This document shows positions 40,344 to 52,189 of a DNA stretch of 64,000 nucleotides, in pieces (the first letter of the stretch is position 1; each line of letters starts with the position of its first letter). Position numbers and translations under genes: made by a program. The DNA is from Marsupella aquatica (taxonomy: Eukaryota; Plantae; Marchantiophyta): the NCBI GenBank assembly GCA_973895155.1, contig OZ316892.1:10086283-10150282 (forward strand), written 5' to 3'. The notes under the pieces are model-generated. The model made no database searches, was not told the origin of the DNA, and saw only the letters and a program-made list of their open reading frames with translations.

Positions 40344-41039
40344 GTCAAAACTCAAACAAAGCGTCCATCTTGTTCAAACACAATGCCTGAGCATTGTGTT
40401 AAATAGAGGTTTTGCTTGAGTTAAAATGTCCTTTTTGTCATGGGACCCAAAATTTTCCATTTTTAAACACAACACCATGGCGCTGTATTTCAGGGAAGAC
40501 GGTATTGGGGCTGAACTTAGGGGAGCAAATACAAATGTATTGAAGAGGTGATGGTCCTATCAGGTCTGATGTATCAACTATTGTTTTACCCTAGTTGCTA
40601 TGATTTTGTGTCTTTCTTTGACTTCCAAACAAGGTCAAGGCCTGGGTCAAGGCTTGCAAATGGTTCTGCTTGCAACTGTAACATGACATTATAGGCAATT
40701 GACTGTTTTCAGTAGACTTTGATTCGCTTTGCCACTTAGTTTCTGAAAGTAGCTTTAAAGGACAGATAATTCAGTACTATCAGTCTAGCAAATCATTGAA
40801 GCTGTTCTCACTCAGCTGTCACATTATTATGTTTCAATCAGATTACATTAGAATATGTTTGAATTATTTTGGTTCCTATGCAAAATTTGGGCCACACCAT
40901 GATGCTTGACTCAGCTTCAAGGAACTGCTAGACTGAGCACACAGCTGAAAAGAATGGCCATTTTGATTGGTATGATTTGAAGGCTTTATGGAGGGCTTAT
41001 TTCCTACTGAGGTCGTTACCATAACATATACGGTGTGTA

Positions 41040-43668
41040 TTGCATATCCAGGTGAGAAATAAACCACAAGAAATTGCATGTCATGACAGGAAACTAGCAA
41101 TCCAGGTAAGAAACAAAAAAGACAGGTCTGGATAGAAGCAGCAAACTTCAACGGCAAGGCTTGCTTCCAAGAATATTGGCGTGATGTATGATAACCATGG
41201 GGTCCTATGAAGGCAAGCTCTTCCAACTTACTTTCATCAGCCCTTCACATATCCATTTGGACCCTCACATGGCTAGGTCCCCAGATTCCCTACTAGTAAG
41301 ATGCCCACTGGGTGGCTATGCTCAAGGCTATATGCTAGATTAGTCTACTCAGATAATAGAGATCGAAGGCTACTCTTCGGGGCATATAGTCTAGAGTAAA
41401 GCCTCTAGACATGAGTCTTGAGGTGGTAGTGAAGTCCGGAAGCAAGTGAAAAATGTGGACTGGGGTAGGGTGAGTCTCTGAAAATGAGCTTTCTTGAATG
41501 TTCTCACCTTTCTTTATGTTCAAAGTTCTCTTCAATGTACCCACTTTTATTTATTTTGAAAGAATGTTCTCGCCTTTCTTTATGTTCAAAGTTCTCTTCA
41601 AACTACGCACTTTTATTTATTTTGAAAGAACTGACAGGAACGCTGATATCTTGCATTCTAGAGTGTACTAGCCTCTTGTATTCTACCACAAGAAATGTCA
41701 AAAGAGGTGTAGAAATAACCTGGCCTTTATGATTCTTGTGCCATGTCAGAAAGAGGTGTAGAAGTAAACCTGACCTTTTTCATTGTCCTGCCATGTCAGA
41801 AAGAGGTGTAGAAATAACCTGGCCTTTATAATTCTCGTGCCTCCACTTACACTTTTGATTTCAATGGCAAGCCTTGAGCTCCCCTGGAGAGTAGGCCCTT
41901 GATTTCTTCTCCCTCAACTTTGACTTCTCATTTTCCAAACAATGTAACGTACCATGTCAAGCTCTTGTCACAAGCAGCCACATTTTTCTTAAGTTGCACA
42001 AGGACTGAGAATCTACTTCCCATAAGGATACGTTGTAGCCTTGTGGATCATGTTATGCCTGAGTATTGTCTACAATAGAGTCTACTATGTTAACCATAGT
42101 CAGCATAAAGTCTTTTATCTCTGATAATAATGTACGATTGAGAAACCGGCAAGAAAGGTTTACTACACTTACAGTAGAAACAGAGGTCAATCTATTGTAG
42201 AGGTCAACATTTAGCTGTTTCTCTTCGAATGACTTCTCCGTGTCAATTATGAATCGCAGAGGGTGTGATCGGCACTAGCTCTCTAAGAAGCAGGTGCTTT
42301 CAGGCGAAGTGATCGTCCCGGTCAAGAGAGAGGTGAGTACTCTGTCCAACAATTTTATAGTTTTGACAGTCTCACCTAAAAGATCTGTCCATTTTCTCCT
42401 CTAGACCAAATGACATCGACCCGAGTGGAGCATTCCCCGAGTATACGTGTCACATTTGTTCCATCCATGGCTGCGTTTGAGTTTGAGAGCTCCATTTAAT
42501 GCAGAGAGAAACCACATCCCTTGTTCCTCAGCAATGGGTTTTGTGATCGTCTTGGATTCTGGAGTATGTAAGTAAATATAGAGAGCATTCTTTGAAAAAC
42601 ATCAACTAGTCGCTCAGCTTCTGGTGGGCGTTGCTCACGCCACTAAACTCCCTTTTTCTTTGAATAACGTTTCCAATAGAGTGTCGTCATCTTCAAGTAG
42701 GTACCAAAATTGAGGGTTAGGAGGGAGATGAGGTACTCTGAGTATAAATACTCAATCTAAAGTATATGGAAACTCTGTCAATAAGAATCAACCTATCCTA
42801 GGATATGTAAACTGTCGAACAATTTGATAGTTTGACAGTCTCACCTAATGGATCTGTCCAATTTCTCCAGTAGACCAATTGACTTGTGTCTCATCTATCC
42901 CATACATGACTGCGTGCGTTAAGTAATTCTGTGCATAGAAGCCACAAGTAGCACCTCTCCTGGCGTAGATTCTAACAAAATTGAGCAATCTTCTGTAGAA
43001 TCTGGGTATTTCTAGTCTTCCTCCTTACTTTCGTTTATCAAAGCTGTCAAAAGTGCCACATCTGGTCCTGGACATAGATTACTTGCAAAACATGAAATTA
43101 GTGCAGGCTTCATTGAAAGTCCGCAGGAACTTTTCTTTGTTCAGCGAGACGGTGTCAGATTCACTGACCCCAGCAAGGGTATGAGGTAAAAAAGTACATG
43201 GGAAACGAGAAGCCTGATTGAATGAATGTTTGCAGGTCAGGCATGAGAAAGGAAACGTGAGATCAATAACGTTCATCCCCCTCATAAGAAAGTAAACTAT
43301 GCTTTGGAACCTTGGAAGAGATTGCACAGAAAAAAGAGCACCTCCTTGTCAAACACACTGAGTAATTAATTGTCATTCTCGGGCGAGAACTTTAAACATG
43401 TGGAGTCGAGTTAGGAACGGATTTGTCCTCAGCATGGAGTCAGTGCTCCACAATAGACTCTTCGCCCTTGGGGACTGTAATATCATGTGCTTTCAGGAAT
43501 TGAAGTCAGCAACATACACTTTCGCAGTCATTTATAGCCAAATTTGCTGACGACGTCCACTTGGCAATTGCAATGCTGTCCCTAAACTGGCACCTCAAAA
43601 TTCATGTTCAGTGTCAAGTAGTTTGGCCAAGACTTGCACCAAAGCGCCTATGATTAGGGCATTCACCA
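41040..43668 (-). pseudogene. Highly decayed NB-ARC/NLR-like pseudogene
   Basis: Minus-strand fragments in the expected order: MVNALIIGALVQVLAKLL (CC-like start, ~43668), FGLEEKMDR..KIVG (pre-P-loop, ~42400, duplicated at ~42870), GSRF (~42015), QGLPL (~41870), CHDM (~41080). Many stops and frameshifts; P-loop not recovered. Confidence 0.45.
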
Positions 43669-44280
43669 TTTTTTCCTTCACGAGCAAGGAAACTAACTTA
43701 TACTATACATCAAATAGCTACAGTTGAAATGCCTCCATGTATTGAGATTCTATAGCCTCGAACTTAGCGACTTCCCACAAGCCACTGACGATCGTTCGTC
43801 AGCCACCAACAAATAATCCCCAACCTCAGCAACCATGCATATTCAACCGACGTCGAAATGTCAGCAGAGCTGTCAGTCGCTCTTCCATCCATAACCTTTT
43901 TTCTGAACTGGTTCAAAAACGAGTGGGGCGTCAACATCCCTCCTCAATACTTGCAATCTCCCACCATTTGGTGTCCTAGTATGCAGCTACCAGTGGACCC
44001 CTGCATCTCCCTTCGTAATCATCAATTTGTAAAAGAATCTATTTGAAAGTCCATCGATCCCAAATCAGGGTAGCGACATGGACTTCGTTGATTTGAACCT
44101 AATGCACCCTGGACATTCAAACGAAAATATCAACAAATCTCGTCGATGATATTTGGGTCCCAAAGGCCCCCAATTGCCAGTTTCCGGCCACAGGGTGAGT
44201 TTTGCAACTCACACCCTCATGAATGCATCTGAAATAAGTTATCGTTCTCAATCCCTACTACTAGACACGGCTGCTGTCTA

Positions 44281-45981
44281 CTATGTCGTAATATCTCTCT
44301 GTACATCTACTTTCTTAAGACGAACAGCAGGTATTCTAACCACCCTCGGTGGATTATGCATCAAGGGCTTAGCCCCAACTCGACGAATGCGCTGAACCAT
44401 ACTTTTGTTGTTTGGTCCTGACTCGAGACCACCAAGGTTAGGCATTTGAAATGAAGGGCCATCAGCTTGGTTAGGGAATTGTTGGTTTGAGGGATTCCAC
44501 GCTTTCTCAAACTTCATGCCGAGCTTTGTCTCAAATTTATCTGCATTACCCCGCCCGGCAGAATTCACTGTGATTAAATCCCACGGGACAGAACCAGATC
44601 CTGACTCATCCACAATATCCACAAGCTTTTTGCTGTCCCGTTCCTCCTCAAGAAAAGACGTATTGACGATCTCTTTCTTGGAATCCTTGCCTTTCAGAAC
44701 TATCTCATCAGCACTGAAGGACTGCTCTAACAGGTCTTCAGTGGTCATTTCCAAATCATTCATGACCATTTGCAGAACTTGGGCCAACATGTTGACATCA
44801 GCCATGGCTCGATGTGCCTTCCCCACTGATGGAAGGTTGTAGTAAGTGAAGAGTTCCCCAAGTGCAGTTTTCGGCGATGGACTTTTACCAGAACTCTTCA
44901 TGGCCAGCTTGGCTAGCACCATGGAATCTGCAAACCGCCAATATGATGGTATCGAGACCCCGCATGCATGAAATTCGCTCATGACAAAAGGGACATCAAA
45001 ACGCTTCCCGTTGTGAGCCACCAGTATCACCAGCCCTTGCCCTTTCCGTCTACTCTCCACAAAATCCACCAACGCCAATGCCACATCCTTCCACTTTGGA
45101 ACACCAGCGTTGTTCACCATGCGAGTGCTTATATTGTGAACGTGCTCATTCCTCACCTCTCTCTGTGGATTGACCAAGGTCTCAATGGTGCTGCATCTAC
45201 CCCCTGATAGGTCACGAGCAGCAAACTCGATAATTCGATCGTAAGTAGGTGAAAATCCAGTGGTTTCAATATCAAAACAGATCACAGTTATCTCAGATGA
45301 ATTCGTATCGATATCATCTGCAATTGGGGCTTCAACAATTTGTGTCCCTGGTGAGGAGCCTTGCTCTTCTCTTACCAAAACTTCTGGTCGATGATTTCTC
45401 GTATCTTTCTTGACTTCAAGATATCTACACCAGTGTATAATTCCATCCCTGAAATGTGAAAACCTTTTCAGCTGATTGCCCATAAACAACGGAGGAGGGT
45501 CAGTGTCATCCACCGGCCCACCTTGGCGAGTGGAAGCAATCATTCTCGGTGCCTCTTCCGACCTGTGGTTTGACAAAAGCCAAACTGAGGTCGGTGGAGA
45601 TTTTGATATGGAAACATAACCTGAGAATTTCACCATTCTCCTTCCTCCCAAACCAGCTGAGCGAGAAAGGTCCTGGAGTCCAATCACGACGTCTCGAAAC
45701 CTAGATTGTTTCTGCTGCATAGACCAGAATTTCCCCTCATGACGATTGTCACAATGGACAGAGGCCCTGTAACCTGCAAGGATGTCAGCGATTCCACTCC
45801 TTCCCATTTTCCTCCGACTCCGTCCAGACCCTTCCCTCGCTAATCTGAAAACTCCGAAGTCTGTCCACAAATCACCTGCTCGGCATCCAGAGCCCCCTCC
45901 CACACATAATCCTAAGTTCGCACTCATTCTCGCTCCTACTCTACTCGACGTAGCCATCAATGTCAGACCGTCAAGGCGCAT
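44281..45981 (-). CDS. DPD1: DEDDh 3'-5' exonuclease, DPD1-like organellar DNA exonuclease
   Basis: 566-aa ORF with ExoI FDIETTG..RIIE, DLSGG.ST..TLVNP, ExoII LVAHNGKRFD and ExoIII AHRAMADV; VESRRK/IPSYW.F.DS segments resemble plant DPD1 as I recall it. Arg/Ser/Gly-rich N-terminus may be a transit peptide. Orthology is inferred. Confidence 0.85.
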   Translation of the reverse strand: MRLDGLTLMATSSRVGARMSANLGLCVGGGSGCRAGDLWTDFGVFRLAREGSGRSRRKMGRSGIADILAGYRASVHCDNRHEGKFWSMQQKQSRFRDVVIGLQDLSRSAGLGGRRMVKFSGYVSISKSPPTSVWLLSNHRSEEAPRMIASTRQGGPVDDTDPPPLFMGNQLKRFSHFRDGIIHWCRYLEVKKDTRNHRPEVLVREEQGSSPGTQIVEAPIADDIDTNSSEITVICFDIETTGFSPTYDRIIEFAARDLSGGRCSTIETLVNPQREVRNEHVHNISTRMVNNAGVPKWKDVALALVDFVESRRKGQGLVILVAHNGKRFDVPFVMSEFHACGVSIPSYWRFADSMVLAKLAMKSSGKSPSPKTALGELFTYYNLPSVGKAHRAMADVNMLAQVLQMVMNDLEMTTEDLLEQSFSADEIVLKGKDSKKEIVNTSFLEEERDSKKLVDIVDESGSGSVPWDLITVNSAGRGNADKFETKLGMKFEKAWNPSNQQFPNQADGPSFQMPNLGGLESGPNNKSMVQRIRRVGAKPLMHNPPRVVRIPAVRLKKVDVQRDITT

Positions 45982-48003
45982 TAAGTGTTATTCCTCAAAT
46001 TCCTCAATTTCCTCAATTTCCTCAATCTTCTGGGCCAAAATTCTCCCCATTTTCCAAATCACCTCTCCAGACCCAAACGAACTCACGTCCTGCGAAATGC
46101 AACACATTCTCAAACACTACTCCCATACTATCTCACCGCTTGAAACCTGCTGCTCACTTCCAACCTCCCAATCAAATCCAATCTACCAGAAAATACACCT
46201 GACAAGAAAACTGTCCACATGGAGGAAGAAACGACATCCAAATCCACATCCACCCACGTCCAGTCGGTGGTGTTCTCCGGCCAGGGAAGACCTCCGATAG
46301 AATTATGAGAAGTCTCAATCACTCACTCACTGAAACCCCACGAGTGGGGTCTCCATACATTGCCTCAGGCGGTGCAAACGCATGTCAGTTCCTCTGAACA
46401 GCCCACCTCTAGATCTTGAAACCGACCACCCGGATCCGCAAATAGAGTTCCATTGTGCTCCGGGTTTCGTGTGGGTCATGTACATTTCGGTTGCTTGCTG
46501 AGTCTTACTTTCTAACAATTGGATACAGAGAACGTCAGATTGCTCATTCTGAAAGAGAATGGTAGGTAGGAAAGGCACGGCACGGCAAGGCAAGGGGCAC
46601 ACTCCCACACCAAGGCAAGAAAGCTCGATCGAGAGAAAGAGAGAGAGAGAAGCGATTCACCTGATCGCAAAAGAAGAAGAAGAACAGAGGGACCGACACA
46701 TTCTGCCGGGGCCCACTTCGATCGAACGAAGCGGCAACGAACGAACAATCAAGGTCTTAAAGAAGCCCCTGAAACGAAGGTGTTCAAACCCACAACTGAC
46801 TCGACAGAAGGCTTCTCGTGACCTCGAAACAGTCGACCGATTCATACAATCCGATTGCAAACGAGGGGCCACAAACGAAGCTTCATAGGCCACACAGTTC
46901 CGAGTTCCCGAATCCAGACAGTAGTAGCTTCGCCGTGACCTGAGCACAATCGACAGCCTCGCCCACGCAATCCTGTGTTGTGCTGTACTTCAGTCAACCG
47001 ACATTCAGCTCCTCTCTCTCTCAAACATCGATGTTCTAACAAACATTGCCAAAACCCAACTACTTTAACCACTTGAGTGCAGAAAGTAAAGCCCAGAATG
47101 ATGGACCACCATGTTCGACACACTGCTACCCTTGGACACATTTTGGTGGTACATGGGAGTTTTGTGTTTATAACTTGATTACATGGGAGTTTTGGGTTTT
47201 TTGGGTTTATAACTTGACTAGCTCAATACATGTATCTTGCACAAAAGAAGTCATGTCGGCCAAGATGTCATTGAGAAAAAAAGATGTCGTTCGGCCAAGA
47301 AGTCGTTGAGAAAAAATATGTCGTGTCGGCCAAGAGGTTTTCCCTAGCCTTCCTTGTTGTTGTGCCCTCGTGCTTCCTTGTGGAATAAAGTTTCGGGGCT
47401 CTGCCCTTTAAAAAAAATTTATAAAAAAAAAGTCGTTGAGAAAAAAAATGTAATGTCGGCCAAGATGTCGTCAAGAAAAAAATTGTCCTGTCGGCCAAGA
47501 TGTCGTTGAGAAAAAGATGTCATGTCGGCAAAGACGTCATTGAGGGAAAAGATGTCGTGTTGGCCAAGACATTGTTGAGAGAAATACCCATGCGTTGCAC
47601 AAAAGATGTCGTGTCGCCCAAGATGTTGTTATGTGAAAGATGTCATGAAGTAAAAAGATGTCGTTAAGAAAAAAGAAGGCATTTTGCTAAAATGCTCTTT
47701 TCACGTCATTATGTGAAAGATGTTGATAAGAAACAGGTGTCATTTTGCCAAAGAGATCATGAAGTAAAAGATGTTATAAGGAAAAAAGTGTCATTTTGCC
47801 AAAGAGATCATGAAGTAAAAGATGTTATAAGAAAAAACGCATCGCTTCATCCAAGTTATCGTTATGTGAAAGATGTTATGAAGTAACAAGTCAAGGAGAG
47901 AAGGAGCAAGTCTTTTTCTTTGTTTTGTTTTTTACCCAAAATGCCCATGCATTTGAATGGTGACCACTCTATACATTGGCGTAACGTTATATTATCGGTT
48001 TCA

Positions 48004-48025
48004 GGTTTAGGGTTTTAGGGTTTAG
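48004..48025 (+). repeat. Interstitial telomere-like tract
   Basis: ggtttagggttttagggtttag (plant TTTAGGG-like). Confidence 0.5.
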
Positions 48026-49151
48026 CAAAAATGACCATTCTGTCGCTATCCTTTCAATCCCCGTGCATCGCATAAAAGATATTGTTTGGCTAAAGATGTT
48101 GAGAAATAGATCATGGTGCAAAAGATATCATTGATTAAAATAATAAATTTGTTAAAATATATCATTGCACAAAACCTTTTGTTGAGTGAAAGATATCATT
48201 GTGCAAAATACTGGCTACGGCCACAAAAGTTCCCTTTTCTTTTTTCTCCTTGCACAAAATAATTCTTGAATAAAAGATGTCATTGCACAAAACACTGGCT
48301 ATGACAACCACAAAAGTATAACAAAATGAGAGGTGTTTTTCCCCCCTTTCCCCCCTTTTTTTCTCTTATGTTAGTTTTAAACCTTAACCTCCCCCTTTTT
48401 CTCATTTCACCATCACTCCACTTGCTTGCCACCCCCCCCCATCCCCACCATGCGCGACTGGAGCCCTTCGAGGGGCTGCTCTACATTGCAAGTGTGCCCC
48501 TCGCCCAACACCTTGCCATCAACGCCCATGCCATGCATTTCACTATGTCTTTGGGCCTTATTACTTTTGTTTTTGGCATTGAAAATGACAGTGCAAATGA
48601 CTCTAAAAATCACCACAGATATTGGAAGAACAATTTTTTATTGATCAAGTGACTAAAATATTATTAGCAATTAAACTCCTGTTATCACTATTATACAAAA
48701 CTATGTTGCACACAATATTGAATATGTAAAATAATTACTTGCATGTGAGTATGTACAATACTTGCATGGATTATGGAGGGAGTATTGAGTCTTTGTGACG
48801 CCGCCGGTACGGCGGTTAATGAGTGATTCGATCTAACTACGCTTAGCACGTGCGTTAGGAGTGTCTTAGGCCGCTATTATTAGCATAACGACAGTATTTA
48901 GGTAATCATTACGGGTAGGACATCATTAGGCAATAAGGGGGAATTCAGGTTCGGACTGGCGGCGGGTCGCTATTCGCACACCCGGGTTACGAGCGTGGAG
49001 GGGCCCCTCCCTCGGGTCCGTATAACGAACTTAAGGAAGCGGCCACTGACACGCGCTGACTCAGACCGGCGGAGTGGCCGGTACACCACAAGCATGAGCG
49101 GTTCAGCCTATGGGCGTCGAGGAGACGTCGGGGGATCGACAAGCCCTCAAG

Positions 49152-49160
49152 GTATAAAAG
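49152..49160 (+). promoter_or_regulatory. Candidate TATA box upstream of the embedded ORF
   Basis: gtataaaag about 105 bp before the ATG at 49260. Confidence 0.5.
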
Positions 49161-49259
49161 GAGAGCCAACCTTTGTAGTGCACCAGTCCATCAGTCCACG
49201 CGCCAGCTTCGACCCCAGCTCTCTCGTTTGCTCTAGGTCGCCACTACTATCTCCTCTGA

Positions 49260-52189
49260 ATGTCGCACACGATCCTCTCCAGCTCGGCCATTCGATTATG
49301 GACGCAGTTCCTATCTACCGGAAGGCACTTGGCCGACTCATTGAAACACGCCAACCCGCGCCGATACGAAATCGAACGCGAGTACGAGAGAGCCATCCGC
49401 CTAGCAGGACGACACCACTACATCCTTAACTTTGACTACCCGTCTCAGAGCGAGCTTTACCGACCAGCAGAGGTATCTGGGTACTTCTTCAACGGAGACA
49501 AATATATCAGGTTCTGGGAAGCATTGCTTCGGCTTCCGGACGAGGTCTTCAATATCCTGGGTACGATCGACTTGCAACGACATCACTTCGACCACATCCC
49601 TGCTCAGGTTTGGGCTATCATCAACAGCGAGTCCAGCACTACCTGTTCGACAAGGTCGTCTGCACTCGCTTTGGAGAACTTCTACCAGCACCTACAGAGC
49701 TTCAGGGGAACTCGGCCATCAACCAACATGACCAACTCAGCCGTACCCGTACCCGTACCTGTACCCGTACCCATACAACCTCAGGCTCAGCTTCAGCTTC
49801 AGCCTCAGCCGCAGCCTAGCCAAACCCCACCACCGATCGCCCAGCCAGCACAAGTACGCTCCGTCATCAACGCTGTGGATCTTAGTGATGACGACGAGGC
49901 TACCCCACCCTTGACCAGGAGGCCCAGAGGAACAAGCGCTCAGGGGGCCGACACTATATCGTCCCCACCCCCTGCTCTGACCCCAGGAGCGGCCCCGGCA
50001 GACAACATGGTGACCGTGGCCGACCCGGGCCCGTTACTGACGGTAGTGGCACTACCCAGGCCCGATCGGGAGGATGGGGAGGTATCACCTTCCCCGAGCC
50101 AGTCACGGGGGAAGAAGAGGAAGGAATCCGCCACTGCATCCGGGTTACCGTTGGCCACGGTAGCCGTAGCCAAGGTGATGATGCACCGCATGGGGGAAAA
50201 CGTTCACAAAAACATCCTCCATCCCAAGCATGCGGTGTACCTGAAGACTCAGGGATTCGAGCACCTCGCCTCCCTCCCCTGGAACACTTGCAGGTACTAC
50301 GGGGAGGACATGACGGAGTTCGTCAGGAATTATGACGACACGCGTCAACATACTCGGTTGCGGGGAAGGAGTATGTCCCTCACGGAAGAATGGCTCAGGA
50401 TGATCTTTGGGTTACCCAAAGGTGACCATCGAGTCGAATCACGGGCTCTCGGGGGCAAGGGAGCCAAGTACCAATCTTCAAGCTTTCCCTCAGAGGGAGC
50501 AGTGGACAACGGGTTCGTGATGAGGACCTGTCTCATCCCGGAGATAGCTGAGCGACTGGAGTTCCAGAGGTACGCCCTCCACATGATGGAACCCCGGGGA
50601 GAGATCTCCGCCGCCCAGGTTATCCAGGTCGAGAACTATCGACCTAGGAGGTGGGCGTCGTACTTCACTAAGAAATTCCATGAAGAGATGGAGCGGCGAA
50701 GGAAGACGCTGTACATTGGCGGGAAGGCATATTTTGCTAGCCACATCGAGATCATTCTTGAGTGGTACGCTCAGTTTGATCGATGAACCCTTCCCCGTGT
50801 CAACGTTACAAAGCTGGTCCCAGCTAGGTGGGTTTTCCCGGCCTTGGAGAGACGGCCCCAACCCGAGGCCCAAAGTCCAGCGGACACGCCAGCTTCACCC
50901 ACCCCACCTCCACAAGTAGCTGTAGTCGTAACCGAGGAGGTACCGGATGGGTCGGTTGTCGCAACCGTTGATGCGACCCAACAAGCCGGGCTAAGTACAG
51001 AAGTTGGTACGGCGGAGGTCTTACCCGAGCCCGGTTCTCCCAAAGACCCACCGGTGGCTATTTCGGAGAACCGGACATTGCTACAGGAGGACGCTCCGGC
51101 CCCTTCCAACATTACGTCCCCAGGGCTGGACGTCACTGCCCCGGCCCCCGCGCGTGTTGACGTCTGCCCGTGCCCAACTCCGGACAAGCACAACCTGGAC
51201 CACCCGGAACTCTTCGTACCGGGTACATTTATGAACGGGCTTCTGGGAGATTTCTCTCATCAAATTGCCCAGGATACCGGGGAGTTCATGGCCCGGAAGG
51301 TAGCCTATTTCTTCAATCAGGAGTTGGTTGCCGCAGTAAAGGCAGGTCGGGCCCAGTCAGAGGCCCTTCAGAGGATAGAGCGGTACCGGGTGGAGTCCGT
51401 GCTCGGGGGGTTCACCTTATGAAATTGTTGTATACCATGTGCGAATGCCCCTATTTAATCACTCTCTCAAAAAGGAATAGGAAGCTCAAAAAACCCATCA
51501 ATCATTTATTGACATGTGGCAAGCAATGAATCATGTGATGACAAGTGGCACTTTTTGAATTGTTACCCCCTTACTTACTTCCTCGCTACTTCTAAGTACT
51601 TCCCTAAAATGAATAAAACGCCCCTTACTTCGTTCGCACATGATGTCAACATTTGTGGAAGTGACCCCCCCGAGAGTCCGTGTACCTAAAGAACGAAGTT
51701 GCGGCTCAAGAGGCTGAGCTTTGGCAACTACGACCCAAGGTTGCAGCCGCCGATGAGTTGTTAGCAAAGGCGCACGCTCTTACCGCCCTAGCCGAACAGG
51801 CCAAAGCTGGGAACGAGGCCGAGATTACACGACTCCGGAACCAGATTGACAGTTTGAAGAATCAAACTGTCACCTGGCAGAAAGACCTGGAGGAGGCCGA
51901 GGAACGGGCCCAACGGGACACGGCGGAGATAGCCACGCTGCAGGCCGAGGTGGCATGGCTCCAAACCGAGGCCGAGAAGCAGGACCAGTTGGCGGGTAAA
52001 CTGACGAGCGACGCCCAGCAGCTGGAAGAGGCATGTCAGGAGGCAGCAGAGGAGACGGACGTGGCGAGGCGAGAGAACGAATCTCTGCTGGACCAGGTCT
52101 AGCTCCTCAAGGCGGACAATGACAGGCTTCGAAGGCAGCGGGATGGCCGCTCCCATTCAGGCGGCTCTGGCAAGCGTGCCAGGCATTAG
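49260..52189 (+). pseudogene. ~882-codon retroelement accessory ORF (Pro/Gln-rich linker, putative plant-transposon-protein-like domain, C-terminal coiled coil), broken by two point stops and a MITE
   Basis: ORFs 49260-50786, 50844-51422 and 51680-52102 form one frame: FDR*TLPRV reads through TGA at 50784; removing 281 bp (MITE+TSD) gives RYRVESV|YLKNEV; DQV*LLKADN reads through TAG at 52100 to GKRARH* at 52189. Confidence 0.85.
51402..51674. mobile_element. MITE, 8-bp-TSD family (copy 5)
   Basis: Ends ctcggggggttcac ... gtgacccccccgag; perfect TSD agtccgtg. Confidence 0.92.

Noticed and set aside
44516-46300. Plus-strand ORFs (108, 79, 172 aa) overlapping the exonuclease
   Set aside because: Antisense shadows of a real CDS and its leader; no motifs.
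50784-52102. Programmed stop read-through or RNA editing in the element ORF
   Set aside because: Both stops fit C>T deamination at methylated CG/CHG sites, and the ORF is also broken by a MITE, so decay is the simpler explanation.
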